Assembly (NCBI GenBank): GCA_038227875.1
Contig: JBBRPR010000015.1
Location: forward strand, 95,675 to 159,674
Direction of reading: 5' to 3'
Origin: Planctomycetota bacterium
GTDB lineage: Bacteria > Planctomycetota > SZUA-567 > H5-PLA8
Length of the DNA stretch: 64,000 nucleotides
The position numbers were made by a program, and so were the translations under genes. The notes under the pieces are model-generated. The model did not search any database, was not told where the DNA came from, and saw nothing but the letters and a program-made list of their open reading frames with translations. Positions 25,517-36,346 of this stretch are shown piece by piece; within the stretch, counting starts at the first letter, position 1, and every line of letters starts with the position of its first letter.

Positions 25517-26308
25517 ATGCTTATCCTCTTCCTAAAACTCCTCGGCGCGCCGATCCTAATCGCCCTCGCCAGTCTGATCGGTAAATCACACGGCCACCGC
25601 GCAGCGGGATTGATTAGTGGACTCCCCGTGATCGGCGGCCCGGTAATTCTCTGCGTCTGGATGCAGCAGGGCCCGGAGTTCGCCATGAACTCCAGCTACG
25701 CGCTTCCCGGCGGACTCTTCGCCCTTAGCGCGCACCTGCTCGTCTTTCAGCGGCTCTCGAAGCGTTGTAACTGGGTCGTCTGTCTGCTCAGCGGCTGGGC
25801 CGCGTTCGTCCTCGTCGGCGCGATGATCGCGTACGTGAAGTTATCCGCGCCCGTGGCTTCCGTGCTCGGATTGAGCTCCATCTGCGTGCTTGACCTGCTT
25901 CTGCCGCGCGTGAATGTGAAGACCACTTTGCCGTCGCTGGGAAAAATTGAACTGATCGGCCGGATGCTCGCCGGATTGACGCTGGTGGTCTTGATCACGG
26001 GCCTGGCGCGCCAGGTCGGCCCGCTGCTGACGGGACTGTTCACGGTCTCTCCCGTCACGGGCTCGGTGATGCCCGCGTTCACTCTCGCCAACGCCGGACC
26101 GGACGCAATGGTCGTGCTGTTGCGCGGCTATCTCTCCGGGCTCTTCGGACTCGGAGCGTGCTTCATCGTCCTGGCACCGCTGATCCCCATCATGTCCTGG
26201 TGGTCGCTGCTCCCTGCCGCCGCCGCCTGCATGCTGGCGAGTCTGGCCTTCTCCACAATCATTCAACGCAACCGCACTGAGCCCGCGATTCCCAACGCAG
26301 TGGACTAA
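25517..26308 (+). CDS. Hypothetical polytopic membrane protein (two internal repeats)
   Basis: About 8-9 hydrophobic segments; G..AAGLISGLPV and GPLLTGLFTVSPV repeated halves. Confidence 0.7.
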   Translation: MLILFLKLLGAPILIALASLIGKSHGHRAAGLISGLPVIGGPVILCVWMQQGPEFAMNSSYALPGGLFALSAHLLVFQRLSKRCNWVVCLLSGWAAFVLVGAMIAYVKLSAPVASVLGLSSICVLDLLLPRVNVKTTLPSLGKIELIGRMLAGLTLVVLITGLARQVGPLLTGLFTVSPVTGSVMPAFTLANAGPDAMVVLLRGYLSGLFGLGACFIVLAPLIPIMSWWSLLPAAAACMLASLAFSTIIQRNRTEPAIPNAVD

Positions 26309-26494
26309 TCGCATTTAGCTTCCACACGTGTAGGAATCGATATATTTGCGGGCTCGGTGGAGTATCAGCACCGAATGCTGCGGCGCGACGGCTGAGAAGT
26401 TGATTACGTGGACCAAAGGATGGACTTCATTCGGGCGCTGTGGTTACTATAGTGAGGCACCATCTGGTTTGAAGATTGCTCCCCGGAGTAAGCG

Positions 26495-27814
26495 ATGACC
26501 GAGATTTCTCCAGCCCGCGCCAGAGAGGATGAAAAGGCTTCCGACGCGGAGCTCAACAAACTGCAGTGGTCCACGCTCGCGTACTATTTACACGAAACGA
26601 ATCCTGACAACGGGCTCGTGCGCGACAAAACCGATCCCAATGCTCCGTGCAGTATCGCCGCGATTGCGATGGCGTTGGCTACGTTGCCGGTGGTCATCGA
26701 ACGTGGCGCTTACTTTCGTCCATTCGCGGCTAAAATTGCGCGGCGCCGGTTGAAATTTCTCTACGAACTTCCACAGGGTCCAGAGCCCGATGCCGCCGGG
26801 TACAAAGGATTTTTCTATCACTTTCTCGACATCGAGACCGGGCGGCGCGCCAACGGGTGCGAGTTGTCCACCATCGATTCAGCACTGCTCTTCGCGGGTA
26901 TGTTGACGGCCGCGACGTATTTCGATCAGGACACGCCGGTGGAGGCCGAAATTCGATTTCTCGCCGATGCAATCTACCGCCGCGCAGATTGGGATTGGGC
27001 GCGCGATGGCGGCGCCACGCTCACGCACGGCTGGATGCCGGAATCCGGATTTCTGCCGTACCGCTACCAGGGCTACGACGAAGGCATGCTGCTGTATATC
27101 CTGGGCCTGGCATCGCCGACCTTTCCATTAGCGCCGGAAAGCTACACGGCGTTCTGTTCCACTTATGAATGGAAGACGCTGTACGGCCGCGACGTGCTCT
27201 ATTCCGGACCCTTGTTCACGCATCAACTTTCGCAACTGTGGATCGATTTTCGCGACATCCAGGATGCCGCGATGCGTGAACGAGGAAGCGACTATTTCAA
27301 GAACTCGCGCGAGGCCACGTACGTTCAGCAAGCGTACGCGATTCATAACCCTCAGCAATTCGCCGGTTACGGGGAGCATTGTTGGGGCATTACGGCGTGC
27401 GATGGCCCTGGCCCGGTCACGCGAATAATTGACGGCGTCGAGCGGCGCTTTTTCGAATATGTCGCGCGCGGCGCTCCGTTGGGACCTGACGACGGCACGG
27501 TCGCACCGTGGGTCGTGGCGGCGTCGCTGCCGTTCGCGCCGGAAATCGTCATGCCCACTCTCCGCAACTTTGCCACATTGAAACTCGGCGGCGATGACAG
27601 GCGTTACGGCTTTATGCCCTCGTTTAACCGCACCTTTACTATGGACAATGCGATTGGCTGGTGGGTGACGCCCTATTTCTTTGGCGTCGATCAGGGCCCC
27701 GTCGCTTTGATGATTGAGAATTATCGCAGCGGACTGATTTGGAATATCATGCGCCGCTGCCCGTATATTATTACCGGTTTGCGCAAAGCCGGTTTCAAAG
27801 GCGGATGGTTGTAA
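26495..27814 (+). CDS. Glucoamylase-family / GH144-like glycoside hydrolase
   Basis: NGLVRD, GYKGFFYHFLD, ELSTIDSALL, GPLFTHQ, WGITACDGP, IENYRSGLIW. Confidence 0.8.
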   Translation: MTEISPARAREDEKASDAELNKLQWSTLAYYLHETNPDNGLVRDKTDPNAPCSIAAIAMALATLPVVIERGAYFRPFAAKIARRRLKFLYELPQGPEPDAAGYKGFFYHFLDIETGRRANGCELSTIDSALLFAGMLTAATYFDQDTPVEAEIRFLADAIYRRADWDWARDGGATLTHGWMPESGFLPYRYQGYDEGMLLYILGLASPTFPLAPESYTAFCSTYEWKTLYGRDVLYSGPLFTHQLSQLWIDFRDIQDAAMRERGSDYFKNSREATYVQQAYAIHNPQQFAGYGEHCWGITACDGPGPVTRIIDGVERRFFEYVARGAPLGPDDGTVAPWVVAASLPFAPEIVMPTLRNFATLKLGGDDRRYGFMPSFNRTFTMDNAIGWWVTPYFFGVDQGPVALMIENYRSGLIWNIMRRCPYIITGLRKAGFKGGWL

Positions 27815-27935
27815 ACGAAACACTTTTTAAACACTCCTCGCAGCATCAAGCAAGAAATCTCAAGTCCTCCAGCAGTTCTTTGCGTCTTTTCGTCTTTGCG
27901 AGAGAATAAGGAACCACTTCAAAAACGGAGCGTCC

Positions 27936-30035
27936 ATGATTCCAGCCGCAGTTCTTCTCACCGCGTTGCTTGTCCTCTTTTCCGTCGCACACGCGGCCGA
28001 CTATCCGCCGTCCAAAGTCGATTCTGCATCAGACGACTTTCACGGCGTGAAAGTCCCCGATCCCTACCGCTGGCTCGAAGACGCTAAGTCTCCGGACGTT
28101 CAAGCGTGGATGAAAACGCAGAACGCTTTTGCGCGTGAGCGGCTTAAGACGCTTCCCGGCCGCGATGCCATCGCCGACCGGCTGCGCAAGCTCTACTACG
28201 TCGATGATCTCGGCGTGCCGCAGCATCAGGGGAGCCGTTACTTCTATTGGCGCCGCCACGCCAATAAGGAAAAGATGATCGTTTATTGGAAGGAAGGCAA
28301 GGATGGCGCCGAGCAGGTGCTCTTTGATCCCAACGGTTGGTCGGCCGATGGCAGCGTCTCGCTCGGCGCGTACTCGATCACCGAAGACGGCCGCACGGTC
28401 GCTTATACCATTCACCAGAATAACTCCGACGAAGCCACGCTTTACGTCATGGACGTCGCGACGGGAAAGAAATCCGACGTCGACGTGATCGAGGGCGCGA
28501 AATACGCGCACGCCTCGTGGACGCCCGACGGCAAAGGCTTCTACTACACATACCTGCCCAGCGGCCCGGAGATCAAGACATCCGAACGCCCCGGCTTTGC
28601 CGAGGTTCGCTTTCACAAACTCGGCGACAACCCGAAGACTGACAAACTCGTTCACGAACGCACCGGCGATCCGACCAAATTCATCGGCGCTGGGCTCTCC
28701 CGCGACGGCCACTGGCTCACGCTCTCGATTCAGAACGGCTGGACCAGCAACAAGGTCTACTTTAAGGACGCGCGCGACGAGAAGGCCGATTGGAAACCGC
28801 TCGCCACGGACAAGCCGTTCCTCTACCACGTCTTCGATTGGAAGGACCAGTTCTATGTTGTCACCAACGAAGGCGCGGCGCGCTCACGAGTCTTTAAAGT
28901 CGATCCCCAAAATCCCGCCCGTGACCAGTGGCGCGAAATCGTAGCCGAACGGCCCGACGCTACGCTCGAAGAAGCCAGCATCGTCGGCGAATGCCTCTCG
29001 CTGCGTTACCTGATCAACGCCACGACCGAACTCCAGGTTCGCGATCTCGAGGGCAAAGTCATCCGCAACGTCGCGTTGCCTGGCGTCGGCACGGCCGGCG
29101 GTCTCTATGGAAAAGAGGACGAAGACGAAGCGTACTACGTCTTCGTCTCGTTCACGACACCGCGGCAGGTCTACCAGACCAGCGTGAAAACCGGCGAGTC
29201 CAAGCTCTGGACGAAGCTCGAAATCGACGTCGACCCTGCGCCGTTCACGGTCGATCAAGTCTGGGTGACGTCCAAAGACGGTACGAAGGTCTCCATGTTC
29301 CTGGTTCATCGCAAGGATTGGAAAAAGGACGGCGATAATCCCACCTTGCTGTACGGTTACGGCGGCTTCAACGTGGCGATGACGCCGAGCTTCAACTCCG
29401 GCATCTATCCGTGGCTGGAGAAGGGCGGTGTCTACGCGGTCGCCAATTTGCGCGGCGGCAGTGAATACGGTGAAGAGTGGCACCGGCAGGGCATGCTGGA
29501 GAAAAAGCAGAACGTCTTCGATGATTTCGCCGCGGCCGCGCAGTATTTGATCAATGAGAAGATCACGCGTCCCGAACGCCTCGCGGTCAACGGCGGTTCG
29601 AACGGCGGACTGCTGGTCGGTGCGTTCACCGTCCAGCATCCGGATCTTTGCAAATGCGTGGTCTGCGAAGTGCCGCTGCTCGACATGGTCCGCTACCATT
29701 TGTTCGGCTCAGGCAAAACGTGGGTTGCCGAATATGGTTCCGCGGACGACGCGAAGTTGTTCCCGGCGATCCTCGCCTACTCGCCGTACCATCACATCGT
29801 GGCCGGCACGAAGTACCCGTCGCTACTGATGCTCTCCGCCGACAGCGACGACCGCGTCGACCCGATGCACGCGCGGAAATTTGTTGCGGCGCTTCAAGCT
29901 GCGAGTACGGGCGGCCCGGTGCTGATCCGCATCGAGACGAATGCCGGACATGGCGGTGCCGACCTGGTGAAGGCGGCCGTCGAAAAAGGCGCCGACAAGT
30001 TTGCGTTTATTTTTGAGCAACTCGGCGTGAAGTAG
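27936..30035 (+). CDS. Prolyl oligopeptidase (S9A), secreted
   Basis: [31 protein letters not shown] catalytic Ser, DDRV, AGHG. Confidence 0.95.
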   Translation: MIPAAVLLTALLVLFSVAHAADYPPSKVDSASDDFHGVKVPDPYRWLEDAKSPDVQAWMKTQNAFARERLKTLPGRDAIADRLRKLYYVDDLGVPQHQGSRYFYWRRHANKEKMIVYWKEGKDGAEQVLFDPNGWSADGSVSLGAYSITEDGRTVAYTIHQNNSDEATLYVMDVATGKKSDVDVIEGAKYAHASWTPDGKGFYYTYLPSGPEIKTSERPGFAEVRFHKLGDNPKTDKLVHERTGDPTKFIGAGLSRDGHWLTLSIQNGWTSNKVYFKDARDEKADWKPLATDKPFLYHVFDWKDQFYVVTNEGAARSRVFKVDPQNPARDQWREIVAERPDATLEEASIVGECLSLRYLINATTELQVRDLEGKVIRNVALPGVGTAGGLYGKEDEDEAYYVFVSFTTPRQVYQTSVKTGESKLWTKLEIDVDPAPFTVDQVWVTSKDGTKVSMFLVHRKDWKKDGDNPTLLYGYGGFNVAMTPSFNSGIYPWLEKGGVYAVANLRGGSEYGEEWHRQGMLEKKQNVFDDFAAAAQYLINEKITRPERLAVNGGSNGGLLVGAFTVQHPDLCKCVVCEVPLLDMVRYHLFGSGKTWVAEYGSADDAKLFPAILAYSPYHHIVAGTKYPSLLMLSADSDDRVDPMHARKFVAALQAASTGGPVLIRIETNAGHGGADLVKAAVEKGADKFAFIFEQLGVK

Positions 30036-30041
30036 CACCGC

Positions 30042-31874
30042 CTACTTGGAAGCGTCGCGAATCTGCAGGCTGTAGATCGTTGATCCGGAACGGTTGGTGC
30101 CGATGCCGAGTTTCGTGGCATCGAGAACGCGCCACGGAAATTCCTTGCTTTCCGGCGCGGCCTGTTCGAATATCCAGGTCGCTTGAGCGTCGTGAAAGTT
30201 ATCGAGGAACAGCCGCGCGGAGTCGTTGCGGATTTCCACGATGGCCGTGTGCCGCTTGCTGAAGTCGAAGGAGCCCAAATTGGTCCAGCGCGGCGCGCGG
30301 TCCAAGGGTGAGCCAAGCAGGCAGCCGTGGGTCAACGCGCTGATCATCAGCACGACGGGCCGGCCGTGCGACGGGAACATCAGCGCCAGTTCTCCGCCGA
30401 CCGCGCCGAATTCGAACTTCACGTCGTAATCTTTCGGCAGGTCGTACGGCACGCCAATCCGCGCGAACCGGGACGGTTCCGAAATCAGCGCGCCATTCAC
30501 CACTTTCCATTCGCCAGCCACGCTCTTTCGCGGATCGACAAGCTGCAGAATGTCTTTAAAGCCGGCCTTATCTTTCTCGACCGGTTTCGCAACTGGACCT
30601 TCCGGTGCGCGCGCCACTTGAGTTGGTACGGCCGGCGCTGCCGCGGGAACTTCTGAGGGCAGGGGCGGGGGAAGCTCCTTGCTGGTCCACTGCGGAACTG
30701 TCTCCTCGCTGGGTATCTGCGCAGTGACGGGAATGTCGGTTGGCGCAATCACTTCCGCCGGTTTCGAAAGCACCGCGCGTACGACAAACAACAGCAGCAG
30801 CAGCGCGCATCCGCCGCAGACCGCCAGCACCTTCGCGCCGAAGGAGACGCCGCTCAGTTTTTCCGAGAGCGAAATTGAGCCCTCCGGACCCGAGGGCACG
30901 GCCGGATTCAGGCCCGAGCGCGGCAGAATGCTGGTCATCTCCGCCGGCAGTTCGCCCGCCGCAGGATCCTTGCCCGCGGCCAGCGCTTCGAGATCTTCGA
31001 GCAACTCCGCACAATTCGCGTAGCGGCTGTCGGGTTCCTTGGCCATCATGCGTTGAATCACGCGGACAACATTGTCCGGAATCCCCGGCGTGATGTCCTG
31101 CGGATTGGGCAGCTTTTCTATCAGGTGTTTGCTGACGACCACCGCCGCCGTCGACCCGCTGAATGGCGTCTGTCCGGTGACCAGGTGATAGAGCGTCGCG
31201 CCCAGCGAGTAAATGTCCGTACGGCCATCGAAATCGGTTTTGCCCATCGCCTGCTCGGATGAGATATAATACGGCGTGCCCAGCACCGTCCCGGTGCCCG
31301 TCAGAAACGATTGTTCGTGATCGGCGGCGATGTCCTTCGACAAACCCAGATCGAGAATCTTGACCACGCCCTCGCCCGTGACGAACAGATTCCCCGGTTT
31401 GATGTCGCGGTGGATGATGTCGTGCGCGTGAGCGTGCTCCAGCCCGCGCGCCGCCTGCGTGATGTAAGTCAACGCGCGTTCACACGAGAGACGCTTCTTC
31501 TTCTCCAGGATGGAATCCAGCGGCTTGCCGTCGCAGCGTTCCATGGCGTAGAAATGGAAGCCGTTCTCTTCGCCCAGCGCGTACGCCTGAATGATATTGG
31601 GATGATTGAGCTTCCCGATCGCCTTCGCTTCGCGCTGAAACCGCGCCACCGCGTTGGGGTGGTTGACCTTGTCCAGCGGCAGCACCTTCAGCGCGACGAT
31701 TCGCTGCGCGATCACGTCCTCCGCCAGGAAGACAGCGCCCATACCGCCTTCGCCGATCTTCTTGATCAGCGAGTAGTTCCCGAGTTTCTTGAGCTTGCTG
31801 AGGTTGGAACTCTGTGACGATGCGCTCAGCTTGGACAGGTCCAGCGCGCTCATCGCATCGGGTTTCGGTTCCAT
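30042..31874 (-). CDS. Membrane-anchored Ser/Thr protein kinase
   Basis: IGEGGMGAVF, VALK, HRDIKPGN, DLG, DIYSLG; TM helix and C-terminal extracytoplasmic domain. Confidence 0.92.
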   Translation of the reverse strand: MEPKPDAMSALDLSKLSASSQSSNLSKLKKLGNYSLIKKIGEGGMGAVFLAEDVIAQRIVALKVLPLDKVNHPNAVARFQREAKAIGKLNHPNIIQAYALGEENGFHFYAMERCDGKPLDSILEKKKRLSCERALTYITQAARGLEHAHAHDIIHRDIKPGNLFVTGEGVVKILDLGLSKDIAADHEQSFLTGTGTVLGTPYYISSEQAMGKTDFDGRTDIYSLGATLYHLVTGQTPFSGSTAAVVVSKHLIEKLPNPQDITPGIPDNVVRVIQRMMAKEPDSRYANCAELLEDLEALAAGKDPAAGELPAEMTSILPRSGLNPAVPSGPEGSISLSEKLSGVSFGAKVLAVCGGCALLLLLFVVRAVLSKPAEVIAPTDIPVTAQIPSEETVPQWTSKELPPPLPSEVPAAAPAVPTQVARAPEGPVAKPVEKDKAGFKDILQLVDPRKSVAGEWKVVNGALISEPSRFARIGVPYDLPKDYDVKFEFGAVGGELALMFPSHGRPVVLMISALTHGCLLGSPLDRAPRWTNLGSFDFSKRHTAIVEIRNDSARLFLDNFHDAQATWIFEQAAPESKEFPWRVLDATKLGIGTNRSGSTIYSLQIRDASK

Positions 31875-32057
31875 AGGCGCACTTTCAAGCGAGGCTCAAA
31901 CTGCTGCGTTTTCACTAGCTCGCAAATAAAATACCGCATTGTGCATATGTTTACAATATAAATCGTAGAAAGGAGTTAGGAGAATGATATCAAGAGTGAC
32001 AAAACACCATAAAGCGTCGGATTTCGCGCCCTGTGTCGTGAATCACAACCTTACATC

Positions 32058-32393
32058 TTATTGAACTTGTTTAGGCTGTTCGACGCTGGCCGGAACTGCC
32101 GCTGCGGGAGCGGGCGCGCCGTGCGTGGCATTATGAGCCTCGGCGTGAGCAACGACTTCGGCCTTCGACGCTCCCGTGAACGCGATGAACAACGCGATCG
32201 GCCAGAAGGTGAAGAGGAAGACGAAACCCAGCGGACCAATGCCGCTCTCGAGCACCTTCTGCGCCTTGGCGTCGTGGCTGTCGCCAAATCCGACCGCTGC
32301 TTCGTGGTAGCTCATGTGAACGCAGAACGCCGTGATCGACAGGCCGATGATGAAGTAGACGACGATGGACCACAGCAAAATTGGATGCATCAC
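32058..32393 (-). CDS. Small hypothetical membrane protein
   Basis: Two TM segments ending in FWP; GGAG RBS; start GTG 32393 or ATG 32390. Confidence 0.6.
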   Translation of the reverse strand: MMHPILLWSIVVYFIIGLSITAFCVHMSYHEAAVGFGDSHDAKAQKVLESGIGPLGFVFLFTFWPIALFIAFTGASKAEVVAHAEAHNATHGAPAPAAAVPASVEQPKQVQ

Positions 32394-32447
32394 GCAGCTC
32401 CCCGATACGGCAAATCTACCCTTGCCCGCACGGATTGCAACCGCCGC

Positions 32448-34616
32448 CTACTTCGACTGTGCGTAGTAGATCCCCGTCCACTCGCGGCTGGGCGGGTTGA
32501 CGTGCATGTGCCGGCAGCGCTCTGCCAGCACGGAGCTGGGTCCGTCACTGAGCTGCGGTTCGAGCAGCGCCCGCGCGCCGTTGAAATCGCGGCTCAAATA
32601 GAGTTCAAACGCCTGTTCGTAGTTTTTGATCTGCGCCAGCGGCAGCGCGGTCTCACCGGACTTGGCCAGGAGCTCGTAGACTTTCAACCCCTTTGATTTT
32701 CCTTTCACGGCCACAATATCTATGAGTCGGAACATGAAATGCGCGTGGCACTCCGCCTGAATCACGTCGCTGACCAGGATCGTCGTGCCGTAAACTTTAT
32801 TCAAGCCTTCCAGGCGCGAGGCGAGGTTCACGCCGTCACCCATCGCGGTGTAGTTCATCCGATCCGGCGCGCCGAAGTGGCCAACCATCACGCGGTCCTT
32901 GTGCAAGCCAAAGCGAGTCTCGAATGGCGGCAAGCCCTTCCATTCCGGCGACGCGAAGAGCTCCGTCAAGAGGCGCCGGCAATCCAGCGCCGCCTGACAC
33001 GCCAACTGCGCGTGGTTGTCCACAGGCAGCGGCGCGTTCCATAACGTCATCACCGCGTCGCCAATGAATTTGTCGACCGTGCCGTGCTGCGCCTGGATCG
33101 CGTTGGTCATCAGCTGCAGGTAACGTCCCAGCGCGTGCGCCAGGTCGTCAGGCGTGAGCTTCTCCGAAAGCGTCGTGAAGTCTTTGACGTCGGAGAACAT
33201 CATCGAGATCTCGGCCAGTTCACTGCCGAGGACGGGTTCAGCGCGCATGTGGTAAAGCTCACGCACCAGCGTCACGGGCACGTATTTGCTCATCGACCGC
33301 ATCGCCGTCTTCGCTTGCTCCAAACGATCCATGACGACGTGAACGTCTTCGATGCGCGGCTCGGCGCGGGAGGCGCTGAATTCGAAATCGCCCATCCGGC
33401 CCGTTTCCTTCACGATCGTCGCAAGGTCATGCTTGACGATGCGCAGCGTCAGGATGCCGCCGAGCAGAATGATGATCATCACGCCCAACGCGTACTTCAA
33501 GATCTGGAGCCGGGCTTCAAGCAGGCCGGAGAGATACGTTTTTTCCGGCGCGACGATGCCGACGATCCAGTCCCATCCTCCGTTCAAAGCCTGAAAGGTG
33601 ACGAGATAGCGTTCGCCGTTGACTTCGAATTCCCCGGGAACGCTCAGCACGCCGGCGCTGGTATCGATCTTTTTCAGTTGATCCAGCTTGAGCGCGGCGG
33701 CGATCTCTGGTGGCAGTTGCGTACTCAGGAAGCGGTATTTGTTTTCGTTGGGAACGTCGTACAGCGTGTCGGTCGGCGTCAGCGGTACGACCAGATAACC
33801 CTGGTCGTCGCAGAGGAAGACGCGGTGCGGATTGATTTGCCCGCTGGCATCGATGCCGGAATTGACGATGCGGCTGAGTTCGTCGAGTGAGAGCGAGGCG
33901 CGCAGGACGCCCATGAACTTCCCGCTTGCGTCGGGGATGGATTGTTGAATGGTGACGAAGAATTTCTTTTCGGCGCCGGGAATGGGATGAAGGTCGCTCC
34001 AGATCGGCCGCTGAAAAAAATCGTCTTTCGCCGCGGTGGTGAACGTCTTTTCCAGAGTCGGATCCTTGCGCTGCGCCCCCGCTTCAGCCGCGAAAGGAGC
34101 CGACAGAAAATCGCCCTCCTCCGTGCGCTGCCGAAGTTCCGAGACAAACGCACCGCCTTTCTGGCTGGTAAATCGCGTATCGATGTGTCGGACGCCGGCT
34201 GTGCTTGCACGCATCACATCCACTTCACCACGGCCATCCGCGGCGATGATCGCGTCGCCGTCTTTCGTGCTTCCCATTTTCTTGCCGTACGTGAAGGCGA
34301 TGTCGTAGAGATCCGGATTGGAAAGCAGTTCCGCGTAGAGCGCCGGCTCGAGGTCGAGCGGTTCTTTGATCGTCAGTGAGCGCTGCTTGACCTGGCGCGC
34401 AATCTTCGAGACAGAATCCTGTGCGCGCTGAAAAAACTGCTCCGACCGCGCAGCGATCTGCGCGCCGGTGTTGTCGCGCAGCCGCTTGCCGCTTTCGATC
34501 AGCGACTCGCGCGAGCCCCTGAAGAAAAGGTAGAACAGCGCCGCCAGCAACAGTGCCAGGCCGCAGAGCGTAGCCACGAAAATGACGTTGAGCGTGGGCC
34601 GAAACACGCGACTCAT
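32448..34616 (-). CDS. Class III adenylate/guanylate cyclase with a periplasmic Cache-like sensor
   Basis: Two TM helices; MFSDVKDFTTLSE, VDKFIGDAVM, YTAMGDGVNLASRLEGLNK. Confidence 0.9.
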   Translation of the reverse strand: MSRVFRPTLNVIFVATLCGLALLLAALFYLFFRGSRESLIESGKRLRDNTGAQIAARSEQFFQRAQDSVSKIARQVKQRSLTIKEPLDLEPALYAELLSNPDLYDIAFTYGKKMGSTKDGDAIIAADGRGEVDVMRASTAGVRHIDTRFTSQKGGAFVSELRQRTEEGDFLSAPFAAEAGAQRKDPTLEKTFTTAAKDDFFQRPIWSDLHPIPGAEKKFFVTIQQSIPDASGKFMGVLRASLSLDELSRIVNSGIDASGQINPHRVFLCDDQGYLVVPLTPTDTLYDVPNENKYRFLSTQLPPEIAAALKLDQLKKIDTSAGVLSVPGEFEVNGERYLVTFQALNGGWDWIVGIVAPEKTYLSGLLEARLQILKYALGVMIIILLGGILTLRIVKHDLATIVKETGRMGDFEFSASRAEPRIEDVHVVMDRLEQAKTAMRSMSKYVPVTLVRELYHMRAEPVLGSELAEISMMFSDVKDFTTLSEKLTPDDLAHALGRYLQLMTNAIQAQHGTVDKFIGDAVMTLWNAPLPVDNHAQLACQAALDCRRLLTELFASPEWKGLPPFETRFGLHKDRVMVGHFGAPDRMNYTAMGDGVNLASRLEGLNKVYGTTILVSDVIQAECHAHFMFRLIDIVAVKGKSKGLKVYELLAKSGETALPLAQIKNYEQAFELYLSRDFNGARALLEPQLSDGPSSVLAERCRHMHVNPPSREWTGIYYAQSK

Positions 34617-34861
34617 CGCCAAGTCTATGCATCTCCGCGCAGAGTGAATCTCGTCCAACAGTGAAATCGTGATTATTAGAATACGATAATGGATGAAAGT
34701 ATTCCATGAATTCGGCATTGGGAATGAAGTTTGCGTATTCAATCGATTTCATATCGAACTCGAAGTTATTTCGGAAAATGTGCTTTTGAGCACCTTCCAA
34801 ATTTGGCGTTCGAATCGGTTGCGGGTTACAATCATGCCAGTGGAATCTATGGAGAGTAATG

Positions 34862-36346
34862 ATGAGCACACGTAAACGGGTCGTTATCATCGGCGGCGGA
34901 TTCGGAGGGTTAAATGCCGCTCAATCGCTGGCTAAATGCGACGTGGATGTCACGCTGATCGATCGCCGCAACTTCCATCTCTTCCAACCCCTGTTGTATC
35001 AGGTCGCGACGGGCGGACTCTCGCCGGCCAACATCGCCGCGCCGATTCGCGGCGTGCTTCAAACTCAGCGCAACACGCGCGTGTTGATGGACGAAGTCAC
35101 GCAGATCGACCCCCGCGGCAGCAGCGTTCGCTTGAAGGGCGGGGAAGTGGTTGGATTTGACTACCTCATTGTCGCCGCCGGTGGGCGCAACGATTACTTT
35201 GGCCATCCGGAATGGGAACAGCACGCGCATGGCATGAAAACCGTCGAGGACGCGACCATTCTCCGCCGCCACATCTTTAAGGCGTTCGAAGACGCGGAAC
35301 TCGAAACCGACCCGCAACGTATCGCGTCGCTGCTGACGTTCGTGGTTGTCGGCGCAGGTCCGACGGGTGTGGAGTTGGCCGGCGCCATCGCCGAGATCGC
35401 GCGCGACACACTGCATCAGAATTTCCGCAAAATCGATCCGGCCAGCGCGCGGATCGTTCTGCTGGATGGCAGCGATCGCGTCTTACCGGCGATGCACCCG
35501 GCGCTCTCCGAACAGGCGCGCCAGCGCTTGATTGGCCTCGGCGTGGACGTGCGATTGAAGGCCAAAGTCGTGCGCCTGGAAAAAGGCCTCGTCGAAGTGG
35601 AATGCGACGGCCAGAAGCAGGTGCTGCTGGCAGAAACCAAAATCTGGGCTGCCGGCGTGCGAGCCTCTGTCCTGGGCGAGATTCTGGCGCAAGCCTGTGG
35701 CGCGCAGATCGACCGCGGTGGCCGCGTAATTGTCGGACCGGAATTGAACATCCCGGGATTCGAAAATGTCTTTGTGATCGGCGATCTTGCCAATGCCAAG
35801 GACAAGAACGGAAAGCCGCTGCCCGGACTCGCGACCGTGGCGATTCAGCAGGGCAAGTACGTCGCGAAATCAATTCGCGCGCGCATCAAAAGCAAACCCG
35901 TCGCGGCCTTCACCTACTTCGACAAAGGCACCATGGCCACCATCGGCCGCGGCGCTGCGGTCGCTCAAATTGCCGGACTGCGCATCGGCGGCTGGATCGC
36001 GTGGGTAATGTGGCTCTTTATCCATCTGATGTACCTCGTTTCCTACAGCAACCGTATTCTGGTGATGGTGCAGTGGGGCTGGAGCTACTTCACCTTCGGC
36101 CGATCGGCGCGCCTGATCACGGGCTCGGAGGCCGATGCCCTCACGGCGACGCAACTCGGGCCGCCCCATCCCGCCGTACCGCAGACGAAGCCCGCTCCGG
36201 CCGACGCGAATCCGCAGAACCCAACGCCGTCGAGCAACACGGGCAGCAGCACGTCCGCGCGCTTGCGCAATCCGCGTGCATTGCAGGTTGAATTCGCGGC
36301 GCGCAGCGTAGAGAATGCGCCCAAACAAGGGGATACCAGTGGATGA
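34862..36346 (+). CDS. ndh: Type II NADH dehydrogenase
   Basis: VVIIGGGFGG, HLFQPLLYQVATG, VVVGAGPTGVELAG, FVIGD, KGTMATIGR. Confidence 0.9.
   Translation: MSTRKRVVIIGGGFGGLNAAQSLAKCDVDVTLIDRRNFHLFQPLLYQVATGGLSPANIAAPIRGVLQTQRNTRVLMDEVTQIDPRGSSVRLKGGEVVGFDYLIVAAGGRNDYFGHPEWEQHAHGMKTVEDATILRRHIFKAFEDAELETDPQRIASLLTFVVVGAGPTGVELAGAIAEIARDTLHQNFRKIDPASARIVLLDGSDRVLPAMHPALSEQARQRLIGLGVDVRLKAKVVRLEKGLVEVECDGQKQVLLAETKIWAAGVRASVLGEILAQACGAQIDRGGRVIVGPELNIPGFENVFVIGDLANAKDKNGKPLPGLATVAIQQGKYVAKSIRARIKSKPVAAFTYFDKGTMATIGRGAAVAQIAGLRIGGWIAWVMWLFIHLMYLVSYSNRILVMVQWGWSYFTFGRSARLITGSEADALTATQLGPPHPAVPQTKPAPADANPQNPTPSSNTGSSTSARLRNPRALQVEFAARSVENAPKQGDTSG

Noticed and set aside
34617..34858. Rex operator upstream of ndh
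   Set aside because: The spacer is AT-rich but has no TTGTGAA-N4-TTCACAA match.
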